From positions 5,750 to 69,749 of the forward strand of contig CACYPI010000002.1 in assembly GCA_902776275.1 (NCBI GenBank): 64,000 nt of DNA, read 5' to 3'. Positions 26,238 through 35,414 of this stretch are shown piece after piece. A program made the position numbers and the translations under genes. The notes beneath the pieces are model-generated. The model had not been told where the DNA came from. It did not search any database and saw only the letters and a list, made by a program, of their open reading frames with translations. The DNA is from an uncultured Aeromonadales bacterium. Its GTDB lineage: Bacteria; Pseudomonadota; Gammaproteobacteria; Enterobacterales; Succinivibrionaceae. Every line of letters starts with the position of its first letter. Positions within the stretch are counted from its first letter, which is position 1.

Positions 26238-27353
26238 GTGGTTAGTACGCATCAGCGCGCGCGGATCATCGCAGGAATAGCGTTAATCGCATCCGTCGTG
26301 GCGGCGGCGCTTTTGTATTTCCTGTACCGCACCGGACTCAACGGCGCGCAGCCGAAGGCGCCTGAGGTGTTCGGGATCGTCCTCCCCGGGGCCAATGATT
26401 CCTCAGGCTGGAACAAGTCGGTGTTCGATGGCTTTGCCAAGGCCGTCCAGGGCGTGGACGGCAGGCTGGTCTTCGCGCAGGACGCAGGCTCGAACGTCGA
26501 GCGCGTCAACACCGCGGTCAAGCTGCTCATCGGACGCGGCGCCAAGACCGTGATCCTGGCCGCCCCCGGCTACTCGGCCATCTGTAACTCGCTCATCTCC
26601 TCAAACTCCGCCACCGACTTCGCGGCCTTCGCCGATCCAAACTCTGCGCGCAACCTCTCGTCGTACTGGATCCGCATCTACCAGGTGAGCTACATCGCAG
26701 GCTACACCGCCGCGGCCATGTCCACCACGGGCGTGCTCGGCTATGTCGCCGCCAGCGCCGATCCGGTGTCGCTGCGCAACATCAACGCCTTCGCCATGGG
26801 CGCAAAGGCCGTGCGCACCGACGCGGTGGTCAAGGTGATCTTCACGGGCGACCCCTACGACCGCCAGAAGGCCGCCGCTGCGGCCGACCGCCTCGTCGAC
26901 TCGGGCAAGGCCGAGGTGCTCGCCTACCTGCTCTTCAACGACGCCGTCTCCGAGGTGGCCAAGCGCCGCCGCGTCAAGTACATCGGCTTCCTCGAGGATC
27001 CCGACAAGTACGACAAGGGACTGATGCTCGGCATGATCAACGTGAACTGGGAGCGCTTTGCCGACCTCATCATCAAGAACCGCCTCTCGCGCGTGAAGAA
27101 CCACGAGGTGCGCTGGTACGGGATCGAGGACGACATCGTCTGGTTCGACAACCGCTGCAACTACCTGACCACGGCCGTGCAGAACCACATCAAGTCGTTC
27201 GAGGCCTCGTTCGCGGCCGGTCACGAGATCTTCTCGGGGGACATCAAGGATGTCGACGGAACCTACCGCTGCCGCAGCGGGGAGGTGCTCAGCGACGAGA
27301 CGCTCTCCAAGGCCGTATTCTGGCTGGTAGACGGCGTGGAGGCGGTGGAATAG
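26238..27353 (+). CDS. BMP/PnrA/Med-family periplasmic binding protein, membrane-anchored (paralog 1)
   Basis: GTG at 26238, preceded by GGAGGA (alternative TTG at 26193). One N-terminal TM helix (IIAGIALIASVVAAALLYFLY) and no lipobox Cys. BMP-like core: GIVLPGANDSSGWNKSVFDG...RIYQVSYIAGYTAAAMSTTGVLGYVAA...NAFAMGAKAV. Confidence 0.7.
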   Translation: MVSTHQRARIIAGIALIASVVAAALLYFLYRTGLNGAQPKAPEVFGIVLPGANDSSGWNKSVFDGFAKAVQGVDGRLVFAQDAGSNVERVNTAVKLLIGRGAKTVILAAPGYSAICNSLISSNSATDFAAFADPNSARNLSSYWIRIYQVSYIAGYTAAAMSTTGVLGYVAASADPVSLRNINAFAMGAKAVRTDAVVKVIFTGDPYDRQKAAAAADRLVDSGKAEVLAYLLFNDAVSEVAKRRRVKYIGFLEDPDKYDKGLMLGMINVNWERFADLIIKNRLSRVKNHEVRWYGIEDDIVWFDNRCNYLTTAVQNHIKSFEASFAAGHEIFSGDIKDVDGTYRCRSGEVLSDETLSKAVFWLVDGVEAVE

Positions 27354-27357
27354 CAGG

Positions 27358-28467
27358 ATGCAGTCCCCGCTTTTGAAGATCCGCATCCCCAGGGTTGCCG
27401 TGGTGGCGGCGGTCCTGCTTGCAGCCATCCTCGTCGCCTGGTCCTGGCAGCGCGCCCGCAGCGCGGGGCCTGATGGATTCACGGCGGGGCTCTTGGTTTC
27501 CGGCTCGCGCTACGCCGACGGGTGGTACTCGTCGAACTTCGACGCGGCGACGCGGGCGGCGGCGCGCATGGGGGCGGACCTCCTGACCTCCGACAACCTG
27601 CATTCGGAACCCAAGGCGATGATGAGCGCCTGCGACGGAATGCTGCGCAACGGGGCGAGGCTCATCATGATGGCCGGGGCATGGGATCCTAAGATCATGG
27701 AAGGCTACATGCGCGATCACTCGTACGTGCAGTTCACGGGCTACGACATGTCGGTGTCCTTGAGGAACTACCATCCGCTGCGCTTTCGCATGTACGAGGC
27801 GGCCTACCTGCTGGGCGCGGCGGCAGCGCTCAGGAGCCGCAGCGGCATCGCGGGCTTCGTCGTCCCCGATCTGGGGCCCGGTTCGCAGCGCAGCCTCAAC
27901 GCCTTCGCGCTGGGCGCGCGGAGCGTCAAGGGCAAGTTCAAGGTCAAGGCCGCCGCGGCTGGATCGCTGTCCAGCAAGCAGGGCGGCAACGAGGCGGTTG
28001 ACCGCCTGCTCAGGCTCGGGGCCGACGTCATCTGCTACATGCAGGACGAGGACTTCATCCCGAGGCACTGCGAGGAGCTGGGGGTGGACTACGTGGGCTT
28101 CAACACGCTCAACGGGGCGTCTGACCACGCGCTATCGTGGAGCGAGTTCGACTTCTCCACCTACTATTCAGAGATCTTTCGGGCGTTCAAGGAAGGAGCG
28201 CTCAAGGATCCAGTTTGGATCGGGGCCGAAGGCGGAGCCTTCACCCCCGGCAGGTATTCGGGCAAGCTGAGCAAGAAGGCCCGCCAGAGGCTTTCGAAGC
28301 TCTACTCCAAGCTTGCCTCAGGCGAGGAGGAGGTCTTTGCATCGCCGCTTGAGGACAGCTCGGGCCGCATGCACCGCGCCCGGGGCATGGTGTTCAGCGA
28401 TGACGAGATCCTCAACAAGATGGACTTCCTGGTAAATGGCGTGGAGATCGCAGATGCCAGAGACTAG
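27358..28467 (+). CDS. BMP/PnrA/Med-family periplasmic binding protein, membrane-anchored (paralog 2)
   Basis: It starts 4 nt after paralog 1. One N-terminal TM helix (VAVVAAVLLAAILVAW). BMP-like core: GLLVSGSRYADGWYSSNFD...RMYEAAYLLGAAAALRSRSGIAGFVV...NAFALGARSV. Confidence 0.7.
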   Translation: MQSPLLKIRIPRVAVVAAVLLAAILVAWSWQRARSAGPDGFTAGLLVSGSRYADGWYSSNFDAATRAAARMGADLLTSDNLHSEPKAMMSACDGMLRNGARLIMMAGAWDPKIMEGYMRDHSYVQFTGYDMSVSLRNYHPLRFRMYEAAYLLGAAAALRSRSGIAGFVVPDLGPGSQRSLNAFALGARSVKGKFKVKAAAAGSLSSKQGGNEAVDRLLRLGADVICYMQDEDFIPRHCEELGVDYVGFNTLNGASDHALSWSEFDFSTYYSEIFRAFKEGALKDPVWIGAEGGAFTPGRYSGKLSKKARQRLSKLYSKLASGEEEVFASPLEDSSGRMHRARGMVFSDDEILNKMDFLVNGVEIADARD

Positions 28468-31400
28468 AAGCACGGCACCCGGAACGGCAAGGCCCGCAGG
28501 CTCGCGCACGGCAGGAGCCGGCGCGCAGGCCGCCAGGCCGTCCGCTTCTGCAGGGTCAAGGCCTGTTTCGAGGCCGCAGGGTTCTGCGCCGCAGGGCGGC
28601 AGGAGCGCGTCGGCGCGCCCGCAGCAGGGCGCAACATCGCCAAGGACCGTGGTCCCAAGGAAACCCCAGGGTGCTGCGGCAAGGCCCATGGCTCCGAGAA
28701 ATCCCCAGGGCGCGGCTGCAAAGGCGCAGCCCGGCCAGTCCGCTACGCAGGGGGCCAGGGTGCAGCCGCGCCTCGATCCCAAGGCCCAGGCCGCCAGGCT
28801 CAACGCCCAGGCCCAGCAGCAGAAGAAGGCTGCGTCCGCATCTTCGGATCAGAAGCAGAAGGCTCCGCCCAAGGACGAGCCTGAGAAGGCATCTGAATAC
28901 GAGGAGAAGGGAAAGGGCTACGGCGGGGCCTCAAGCCTCAGCGACGCCCCCTACGAGTTCCCGATTGAGGACGAGCTGCTGCGCGAGGCAACCTCGAAGA
29001 TGTTCACCGGGGCCGGCCGCAGGCGCTCGCTGTTCTTCACGTTCAGCCTTGCCATCCTCGCGGGGCTGCTGTTTTGCGCAGCCGCGTTCTGCCTCAACAA
29101 GTTCCAGTCCCTGGCCGACCAGTTCTTCTGCGAGAACACCGCAGACAACGCCATGCGCATGGCTGCGCTCACGCGCGAGCGCCTGGACTCGGAGCTCAGG
29201 CTCCTCAACGGCGCTGCTGCGAGCCTTGACAACGGGCATGGCGATCCGGAGGTCGCGGTGCGCTCGGTTGCAACCGAGGAGGGCGCCTACGCAGGCGTGG
29301 TCGCCTATGACGGATCAAGCCTTGCAGGCAAGGTGCTCGACTCGCTCAACTACCCAGAGCTCACCAGGGTGTTCCACGGCAATCCGGAGATCGGGTTCTA
29401 CCCCAATCTGGGACTCCTCTTCGTCTACCCGGTCTTCTACGGCTCGAACGTGCGCTACGCGCTCTTCAAGGTGATAAAGCCGCTCTTCCTCGACCGCTTC
29501 ATGGTCGATGGGCTGATGGACGACGGCAAGGTCGTCATCCGCAACGCGTCCGGCATCGTGGTCAGGCCGCGCTATTACGATCAGCGCCTCGTCAACTTCT
29601 TCAACTCGCCGCTTGCGCGCACCGTGATGGCCGCGCTTGGCGACCAGCGCGAGAATCGCATCAGCGCGGCGATCCCGTTCCGCAACGCCGACGGGCGCAA
29701 GTACATCATGTACGAGGCCGAGGTCGCCAACACCAGCTTCCTGGTCACCGGCATAGTTGAGAAGAGCAAGCTCGAGAGCGGCTTCACCGGCATGAAGCTC
29801 ATCATCGCGCTGCTGTGCGCCCTGTTCGGGGTGATCATGGTGGCAGGCGCGGTGATCCTCTTCCTCTCGCTCGAGCAGCTGTGGTCCGATGCGGCCGAGC
29901 GCCAGCGCGCCGGGCTTGAGAAGCTCGTCTACAGCGCCCGCGAGCGCGCGCTTTCGTTCATGTCCAACGAGGTCTCGGCCCACATGGGCGCCATACTTGA
30001 TCTCGACTACAAGATCCTCAACACCGCGCACGAGTCCTCGGTGCTCGCCTTCGCCGGAGCCATCCGCCAGGCCGGCATGACCCTCCTGTCGCTCATAGGC
30101 GGCATCGTCGACTTCGCGCGTATCCAGACCGGCAAGATGGAGATCGTCGGCGAGCAGTACGATCTGGCGACCATGATCAACGATCTTGTGAAGGAGGCCA
30201 ACGAGCGCGCCGCCTCCAAGGACGTCAAGTTCGTGGTCAACGTCAACAACGCGCTGCCCTCGAGGCTCTTTGGCGACATGGTGAGGATCCGCCAGGTCAT
30301 CGTCAACCTCATCGACAACGCCTTCAAGTTCACCCCCAGGGGCCAGGTCGGGCTCACCGTCACCGGGGCGCTCTCCGAGGACAACACCTCGGTGATGCTC
30401 CGCTTCAAGGTCTCGGACACCGGCCCCGGGCTTTCCGATGAGGAGCGCGAGAGGTTCTTCTCTCAGTTCTCAAACCCTGCCTCGGCCAAGGCGATCAAGC
30501 ACCGCCATGGCCTGGGGCTTGCCATCTGCTACAACCTGCTCAAGCTCATGCGCGGCTTCATCGACATCCAGTCGCTGCCGGGCAAGGGCTCGGTGTTCAC
30601 TGCGGCCGTGCCGCAGCAGGTGGTCTCGCTCGATCCGATAGGCAACTTCCTCGACAAGGCCAGGAGCGAGGCGCGCCGCCGCGTCGAGTCGTTCTCAAGC
30701 TTCACGGCGCCTGACGCCCGCGCCCTGGTGGTGGACGACAACTCGATGAGCCTCAAGCTCATCGGCAAGCTGCTCCAGCGCCCCGAGGTCAAGTCCGACA
30801 TGGGCTCGTCGGCCGAGGAAGGATTGAAGCTCATGGCCATCCACCACTACGACATCATCCTCATCGACGAGAAGATGCCGGGCATGGACGCCAGCCAGAT
30901 GCTCTCCAAGGCCCGTGCCATGGAGAACAACAAGAACCTGGACACTCCGGTGATCCTGATCTCCTCGGACAAGACTCCAGGGGCCAGGAGCCGCGCGATC
31001 CAGGAAGGCTTCACCGACATGATCCAAAGGCCGGTCGAGCAGATGTCGATGGACAGCGTGCTCAGGCGCTACCTGCCCAAGGAGAAGCTCGCAGCCGACA
31101 ACTCCCTGCAGGGCAGGTACGAGGCCCCGGCGCCGGAGAATCCCGGCGGGCCGCAGCGCTTCAAGGAGATCAACCCATCGTTTGACGACATGTCAGACAG
31201 CATGGCGTTCGGCGATGGCGCCCTGCCGCACCACGCAGTGCCGCAGCTTGGAGGAGACGGTGGGCAGTACTCGGCAAAGCCGCTCGATGAGCCCGACCTC
31301 TCGGGCGCGAAGATCCTCGATGTCGACGGCGGCATGAAGTTCTGCAACGACAGCCTAGATCTCTACATGAAGTTCGCCTCGACCTTCTGCCGCATGTACA

Positions 31401-31681
31401 TCGACCGCAAGCAGAGGATGGACAGGGCCTGCCACACCGCGGACTGGAAGGAGTACTCGTCGCTCATGCACGCGCTGCGCACAACCTCGATGTCCATAGG
31501 CGGCGGCAAGCTTCCGCTCTACGTGCAGTCGCTCGAGAACGCCGCCAACACCATCCAGATGGGCGGCAACCCGGACAGCGTCAAGCAGCAGTCGGTCTAC
31601 TACATCAACGACCACCACGACAAGTGCATGCAGCTCTACGACGAGCTGGTGCAGGAGGTCCACCGCTCGCTCAACGTCTGA
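28454..31681 (+). CDS. Hybrid sensor histidine kinase (TM, periplasmic domain, TM, HisKA, HATPase, REC, Hpt)
   Basis: ATG at 28454, preceded by GGAG (alternative 28436), overlapping the upstream stop. Two TM helices flank a periplasmic domain of about 230 aa. It has an N box (NLIDNAFKFT), G1 (SDTGPGL), G2 (GLGLAIC), REC (ILIDEKMPGMD) and Hpt (HALRTTSMSIGG). Confidence 0.9.
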   Translation: MPETRSTAPGTARPAGSRTAGAGAQAARPSASAGSRPVSRPQGSAPQGGRSASARPQQGATSPRTVVPRKPQGAAARPMAPRNPQGAAAKAQPGQSATQGARVQPRLDPKAQAARLNAQAQQQKKAASASSDQKQKAPPKDEPEKASEYEEKGKGYGGASSLSDAPYEFPIEDELLREATSKMFTGAGRRRSLFFTFSLAILAGLLFCAAAFCLNKFQSLADQFFCENTADNAMRMAALTRERLDSELRLLNGAAASLDNGHGDPEVAVRSVATEEGAYAGVVAYDGSSLAGKVLDSLNYPELTRVFHGNPEIGFYPNLGLLFVYPVFYGSNVRYALFKVIKPLFLDRFMVDGLMDDGKVVIRNASGIVVRPRYYDQRLVNFFNSPLARTVMAALGDQRENRISAAIPFRNADGRKYIMYEAEVANTSFLVTGIVEKSKLESGFTGMKLIIALLCALFGVIMVAGAVILFLSLEQLWSDAAERQRAGLEKLVYSARERALSFMSNEVSAHMGAILDLDYKILNTAHESSVLAFAGAIRQAGMTLLSLIGGIVDFARIQTGKMEIVGEQYDLATMINDLVKEANERAASKDVKFVVNVNNALPSRLFGDMVRIRQVIVNLIDNAFKFTPRGQVGLTVTGALSEDNTSVMLRFKVSDTGPGLSDEERERFFSQFSNPASAKAIKHRHGLGLAICYNLLKLMRGFIDIQSLPGKGSVFTAAVPQQVVSLDPIGNFLDKARSEARRRVESFSSFTAPDARALVVDDNSMSLKLIGKLLQRPEVKSDMGSSAEEGLKLMAIHHYDIILIDEKMPGMDASQMLSKARAMENNKNLDTPVILISSDKTPGARSRAIQEGFTDMIQRPVEQMSMDSVLRRYLPKEKLAADNSLQGRYEAPAPENPGGPQRFKEINPSFDDMSDSMAFGDGALPHHAVPQLGGDGGQYSAKPLDEPDLSGAKILDVDGGMKFCNDSLDLYMKFASTFCRMYIDRKQRMDRACHTADWKEYSSLMHALRTTSMSIGGGKLPLYVQSLENAANTIQMGGNPDSVKQQSVYYINDHHDKCMQLYDELVQEVHRSLNV

Positions 31682-31702
31682 CCGAGTCCTGGAAAGGCAA
31701 TG

Positions 31703-31735
31703 CAGGGCCGCATTCCCCGCGGGGTTGCGGCCCTG
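31703..31735 (+). terminator. Stem-loop terminator of the kinase gene
   Basis: CAGGGCCGCA-loop-TGCGGCCCTG, a perfect 10-bp stem, followed by CTGTT (weak tail). Confidence 0.5.
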
Positions 31736-31939
31736 CTGTTACCCGGGACAGGGGCAGCGCAAGGGCGCCAGGATGCCGCCGCAGACAGGCGCAGAAAGCC
31801 CAGGCACAGCGCGCCATCGCATCTGCTGAGCGTGGATTTGCAGAGGAACTTGGCGGTATAGCAGGCGCGCGGCCTGTGCGATAGTGCAATTGGAATTGGG
31901 CTTTTGCGCTGGTCTAGGATTCACTGGCGCGGATGCGGA

Positions 31940-31963
31940 AAGGGCGCCCTTGGGGGCGCCCTT
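31940..31963 (-). terminator. Stem-loop terminator of porin 1
   Basis: AAGGGCGCCC-TTGG-GGGCGCCCTT. The minus-strand tail is TTTCC. Confidence 0.45.
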
Positions 31964-31987
31964 CGTCAGGCTTTGCGCTGGGCTTGG

Positions 31988-33109
31988 TTAGAAGATGTAG
32001 CGTGCGCCTATTTCAACGAGGTTGTGGTCGTCGATGTCGTCAGACGAGCCGGCGTCGATGATGTCGGTGCCCCAGACGCGGAAGTTAGGGTTGATGTCCC
32101 AGGAAACCATGAGGGGAACCTTCCTGTAGATCGAGCTGACGGAATCGTCATCATCGTCAGGGGAGTAGTCCTTCCACTGGTAGGAGGCGTGGAGGGTCAC
32201 GCCGTTGGCGAAGCTGTAGGCCACGAGGCTCTCGGAGCTCTTGACGGTCAGGTCGTTGTCGCCTTCGAGGGCATTGTAGGCGTCGTAGGCTTCGCACTTC
32301 CTCTGCTCGTAGAACGAGGCGAGGTACAGGCCGCTGCCATAGGTGCCCCAGGTGAGGGAGACGCCGAAGTCGCTGGCCTTATCCAAGTAGCCATAATCCT
32401 TCTTCTTTTTGTTCTCATCCACGCGGAAAGGAGTCGCGTCCGAGATGGCGTCATCCTGGAACTTCTCGTAGCCTGCGGAGAGCTGGACGCCGATGGGTCC
32501 GAAGAGCACGGCAGGGGAGATGTAGCCTAAGACGGCGCTGAAGCCGTGATCAACATCTATATCTAGGCCGCCGGCATCAAACTGGGCATTGTTGGTGGCG
32601 CTCTGGTACTCGAGCGCGGCGGAGAAGCCGGCATAGCTGATCTCGTAGTTGATGAGGCCGCTCACGCGGTCGCCGTACTGCTCGCCGTAGGCGCCTTTGC
32701 GCTCGAATACATCGGTGACGGACTCTACCTTGTACTCGTTGGGCAGGAAGCGGCCTGCCTTGATTACGCCGCCCTGGCCGAAGTCGACGCCGACGTACTG
32801 GTCACGGGTGAGCTCGTCGGACCCGCTCGAGTCGCCATTGTTCTGCCACTGGTGCTCGAACTTGCCGAAGCCGTAGATGCCCGAGGCGATCTTGGTGCGG
32901 CCCTCAAGGCCGAAGCGGGCGCGGTTGCCGATGGTGCTGTCGCTGTCTGCGTCTTTGACCATGCCGTTGTTGCCATCGAAGTAAACGGCTTCAACGAGGC
33001 CGGTGACGTCGAGGGTGGTGTCGTCCTTGGAGTAGATCTGGGCGGCGGAGGCATCCAGAGCGGTAGCGGCGGCAACGGCGGCTGCCAGAAGCTTGATTGA
33101 GTTCTTCAT
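31988..33109 (-). CDS. Gram-negative general porin (OmpC/OmpF superfamily), paralog 1
   Basis: Start MKNSIKLLAAAVAAATALDASA, then AQIYSKDDTTLDVTG. It has alternating beta-strand patterning and the C-terminal GARYIF signature ending in Phe. Confidence 0.9.
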   Translation of the reverse strand: MKNSIKLLAAAVAAATALDASAAQIYSKDDTTLDVTGLVEAVYFDGNNGMVKDADSDSTIGNRARFGLEGRTKIASGIYGFGKFEHQWQNNGDSSGSDELTRDQYVGVDFGQGGVIKAGRFLPNEYKVESVTDVFERKGAYGEQYGDRVSGLINYEISYAGFSAALEYQSATNNAQFDAGGLDIDVDHGFSAVLGYISPAVLFGPIGVQLSAGYEKFQDDAISDATPFRVDENKKKKDYGYLDKASDFGVSLTWGTYGSGLYLASFYEQRKCEAYDAYNALEGDNDLTVKSSESLVAYSFANGVTLHASYQWKDYSPDDDDDSVSSIYRKVPLMVSWDINPNFRVWGTDIIDAGSSDDIDDHNLVEIGARYIF

Positions 33110-33576
33110 AAGTTGAATTCCCTTTTTCAGTTTTTTCTTCAGCCCCCCATGCGCCGGACTTCTCATTCCGCCGCAGGAAGCTTTCGGTCCTTTTGGAGCT
33201 TTTGCGCTCCGGACAGCAGGGATTTTTGCGCAACTTATGCCTCTCATCAACAGCAAAAGTTGCAACGCAGAGCGCATCTGTCATCCTGACAAGCGGAGCT
33301 GTTCTAAAACAATATTCTGAATAATCCCAATAAAATCCGAGTTTTTTGTGACGTCTGCAAATTATGATGACCGTCAAATTTTTTTGAAACAGAGCTGATA
33401 AATCCGTCACTTGCACACGAAAAGGGCGTTTTTCATGGTTGTGATGCAATTTGCTCCGAAATTTGCGGTTATTTCAGGCAAAACTTACGACATCAAGACA
33501 ACTATCTGATCTTAAAAATTTAAATGAATGACATCGAAGAAAGGGTGGGGAAATGGACGGGGTAATGCGTGCGGCG

Positions 33577-33607
33577 AAAAGGGGCGCCCGGTTTCTCGGG
33601 CGCCCCT
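33577..33607 (-). terminator. Rho-independent terminator of porin 2
   Basis: On the minus strand, AGGGGCGCCCG-AGAAAC-CGGGCGCCCCT is followed by TTTCGCC. Confidence 0.6.
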
Positions 33608-33639
33608 GCTTAAAGGCCTAGGCCTTGGATATCTTCAGG

Positions 33640-34776
33640 TTAGAACACGTAGCGTGCGCCGACGGAGAAGATGTTGTCATCAGCAAGGTCGTCGGAGGAG
33701 CCGGCGTCGATGACGTCATCAGCCCACACGCGGAAGTTCGGGTTGAGGTTCCAGGAAACCATCAGAGGGACCTTCCTGCGGATGGTGTTGGCAGCGTTGC
33801 CAGCGGTGGTATAGGCCTCCCTGACGTCGTAGTCCTTCCACTGGTAGCCAGCGTGGAGGGAGATGCCGTTGTCGAAGCTGTAGGCAATCAGGGACTCGGA
33901 GTTCTTGATGGTCAGATCGTCATTGCGGTACTGATCATAGGCCTCGCCCTTGATCTGCTGGTACCAGGTGGCCAGGTACAGGCCGCTACCGTAGGTGCCC
34001 CAGGTCAGGGACGCGCCGAAGCTGTTCTCGTGGTCGAGACGGCTGAAGATCTCGCTGACATCAACATTGCCGAAGTTGGGAGAGTCGATTTCGTCGCGGG
34101 CAGTCTTGGTGCCAGTGATGCCGTCATCCTGGAACTTCAAGTAGCCTGCGGCCAGCTGGACGCCGATGGGTCCGAACAGGACGGCAGGGGACTTGTAGCC
34201 TAAGACGGCGCTGAAGCCGTGATCGACATCGACCACGCCATCGGAGAAGGAGTAGTTGTTGGTGGCGGTCTGGTACTCGAAGGCGCCGGAGAAGCCAGCG
34301 TAGGAGATCGAGTAGTTGATCTTGCCGCTGTTACGGGTCGCATAGGACTCGCCGTAGCCGCCCAAGCGCTCCAAGACATCGGTGACCTGCTCGATCTTGT
34401 ACTCGTTGTTCAGGTAGCGGCCAGCCTTGAGGACACCGCCCTGGGTGAAGTCGACGCCGACCCACTGGTCACGGGTCGTCTGGTCGTAATTCTGGGAGTC
34501 GCCGTTGTTCTGCCACTGGTGCTCGAACTTGCCGAGGCCGTAGATGTTCTCGGCGAGCTTGGTGCGCCCCTGCAGGCCGAAACGGGTACGGTTGCCGATG
34601 GTGGCATCGCCGTCGGCGCCGGGTACCTTGTTGTTGTGGCCGGAGAAGTAGACAGCGTCCACATAGCCGGTGACATCGAGGGTGGTGTCGTTCTTGGAGT
34701 AAATCTGGGCAGCGGAGGCGTCCAGGGCGGAGGCGGCCGCGACGGCGGCAGCTAACAGCTTGATTGAATTCTTCAT
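33640..34776 (-). CDS. Gram-negative general porin (OmpC/OmpF superfamily), paralog 2
   Basis: 378 aa. The signal peptide is almost identical to paralog 1 (MKNSIKLLAAAVAAASALDASA). It ends in GARYVF. Confidence 0.9.
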   Translation of the reverse strand: MKNSIKLLAAAVAAASALDASAAQIYSKNDTTLDVTGYVDAVYFSGHNNKVPGADGDATIGNRTRFGLQGRTKLAENIYGLGKFEHQWQNNGDSQNYDQTTRDQWVGVDFTQGGVLKAGRYLNNEYKIEQVTDVLERLGGYGESYATRNSGKINYSISYAGFSGAFEYQTATNNYSFSDGVVDVDHGFSAVLGYKSPAVLFGPIGVQLAAGYLKFQDDGITGTKTARDEIDSPNFGNVDVSEIFSRLDHENSFGASLTWGTYGSGLYLATWYQQIKGEAYDQYRNDDLTIKNSESLIAYSFDNGISLHAGYQWKDYDVREAYTTAGNAANTIRRKVPLMVSWNLNPNFRVWADDVIDAGSSDDLADDNIFSVGARYVF

Positions 34777-34929
34777 ATGGAAAACCCTTTTTCAAATTTT
34801 CATTTGTAGGTATCCGCTGCGGTCTTCCGCAGCGGGCGGTTCGTGGATTGCGCAAACTACGCATCTTTCCCGTTCCGCAGCATGGATTTTTGCGCACGAA
34901 AATTGAGTATTCAAGTCCTGTTCGGAGAT

Positions 34930-35165
34930 TCGAAACCTTATCGGCACAAAATCTTAATAATTGAATGTCCGATTTATGATTATAAAATCATATAGTTGAT
35001 AAATAAACCTTAGACACTTTGAAGAAAAACGATCGTCAGCAAAAAAATAAATTTTCAAATGAAAAAATGTCTGAAAAAGACATCATTTTTCCGAAGAGAG
35101 TCATCATTATGCATGAATTAAGTCAAAAAAATACAGTTTGAGTGATAATTGCGTCATTTACGCAA
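34930..35165. promoter_or_regulatory. Strongly AT-rich island upstream of porin 2 (divergent regulatory region)
   Basis: GC content drops sharply here (runs such as AATCTTAATAATTGAATG and ATGATTATAAAATCATATAGTTGATAAATAAA). It contains short inverted repeats: ATGATT/AATCAT, ATGTCT/AGACAT, and TTGCGT-N5-ACGCAA. Confidence 0.6.
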
Positions 35166-35414
35166 ACGTGACGATTCTGACTTGAATCACCCTTTCGGCA
35201 ATCGCTTGAGCGCCGATCCCGCCCCCTGGCGATCGCCAGAGTACAGGCATGAGGCGGAAGGTGCGCGCCATGGCATCAGATCGTTGCGATCGCACAGCCA
35301 GGCCGCCTCTGCGGTTTTTCATGGCTTTTCAAGAAATATCAGGCCAATCGTGCCACCTCGGTGGCACAATGGGGACGAGGATTCATCAGTGGGTCGGTCG
35401 GGAGGCTGCAGGGG

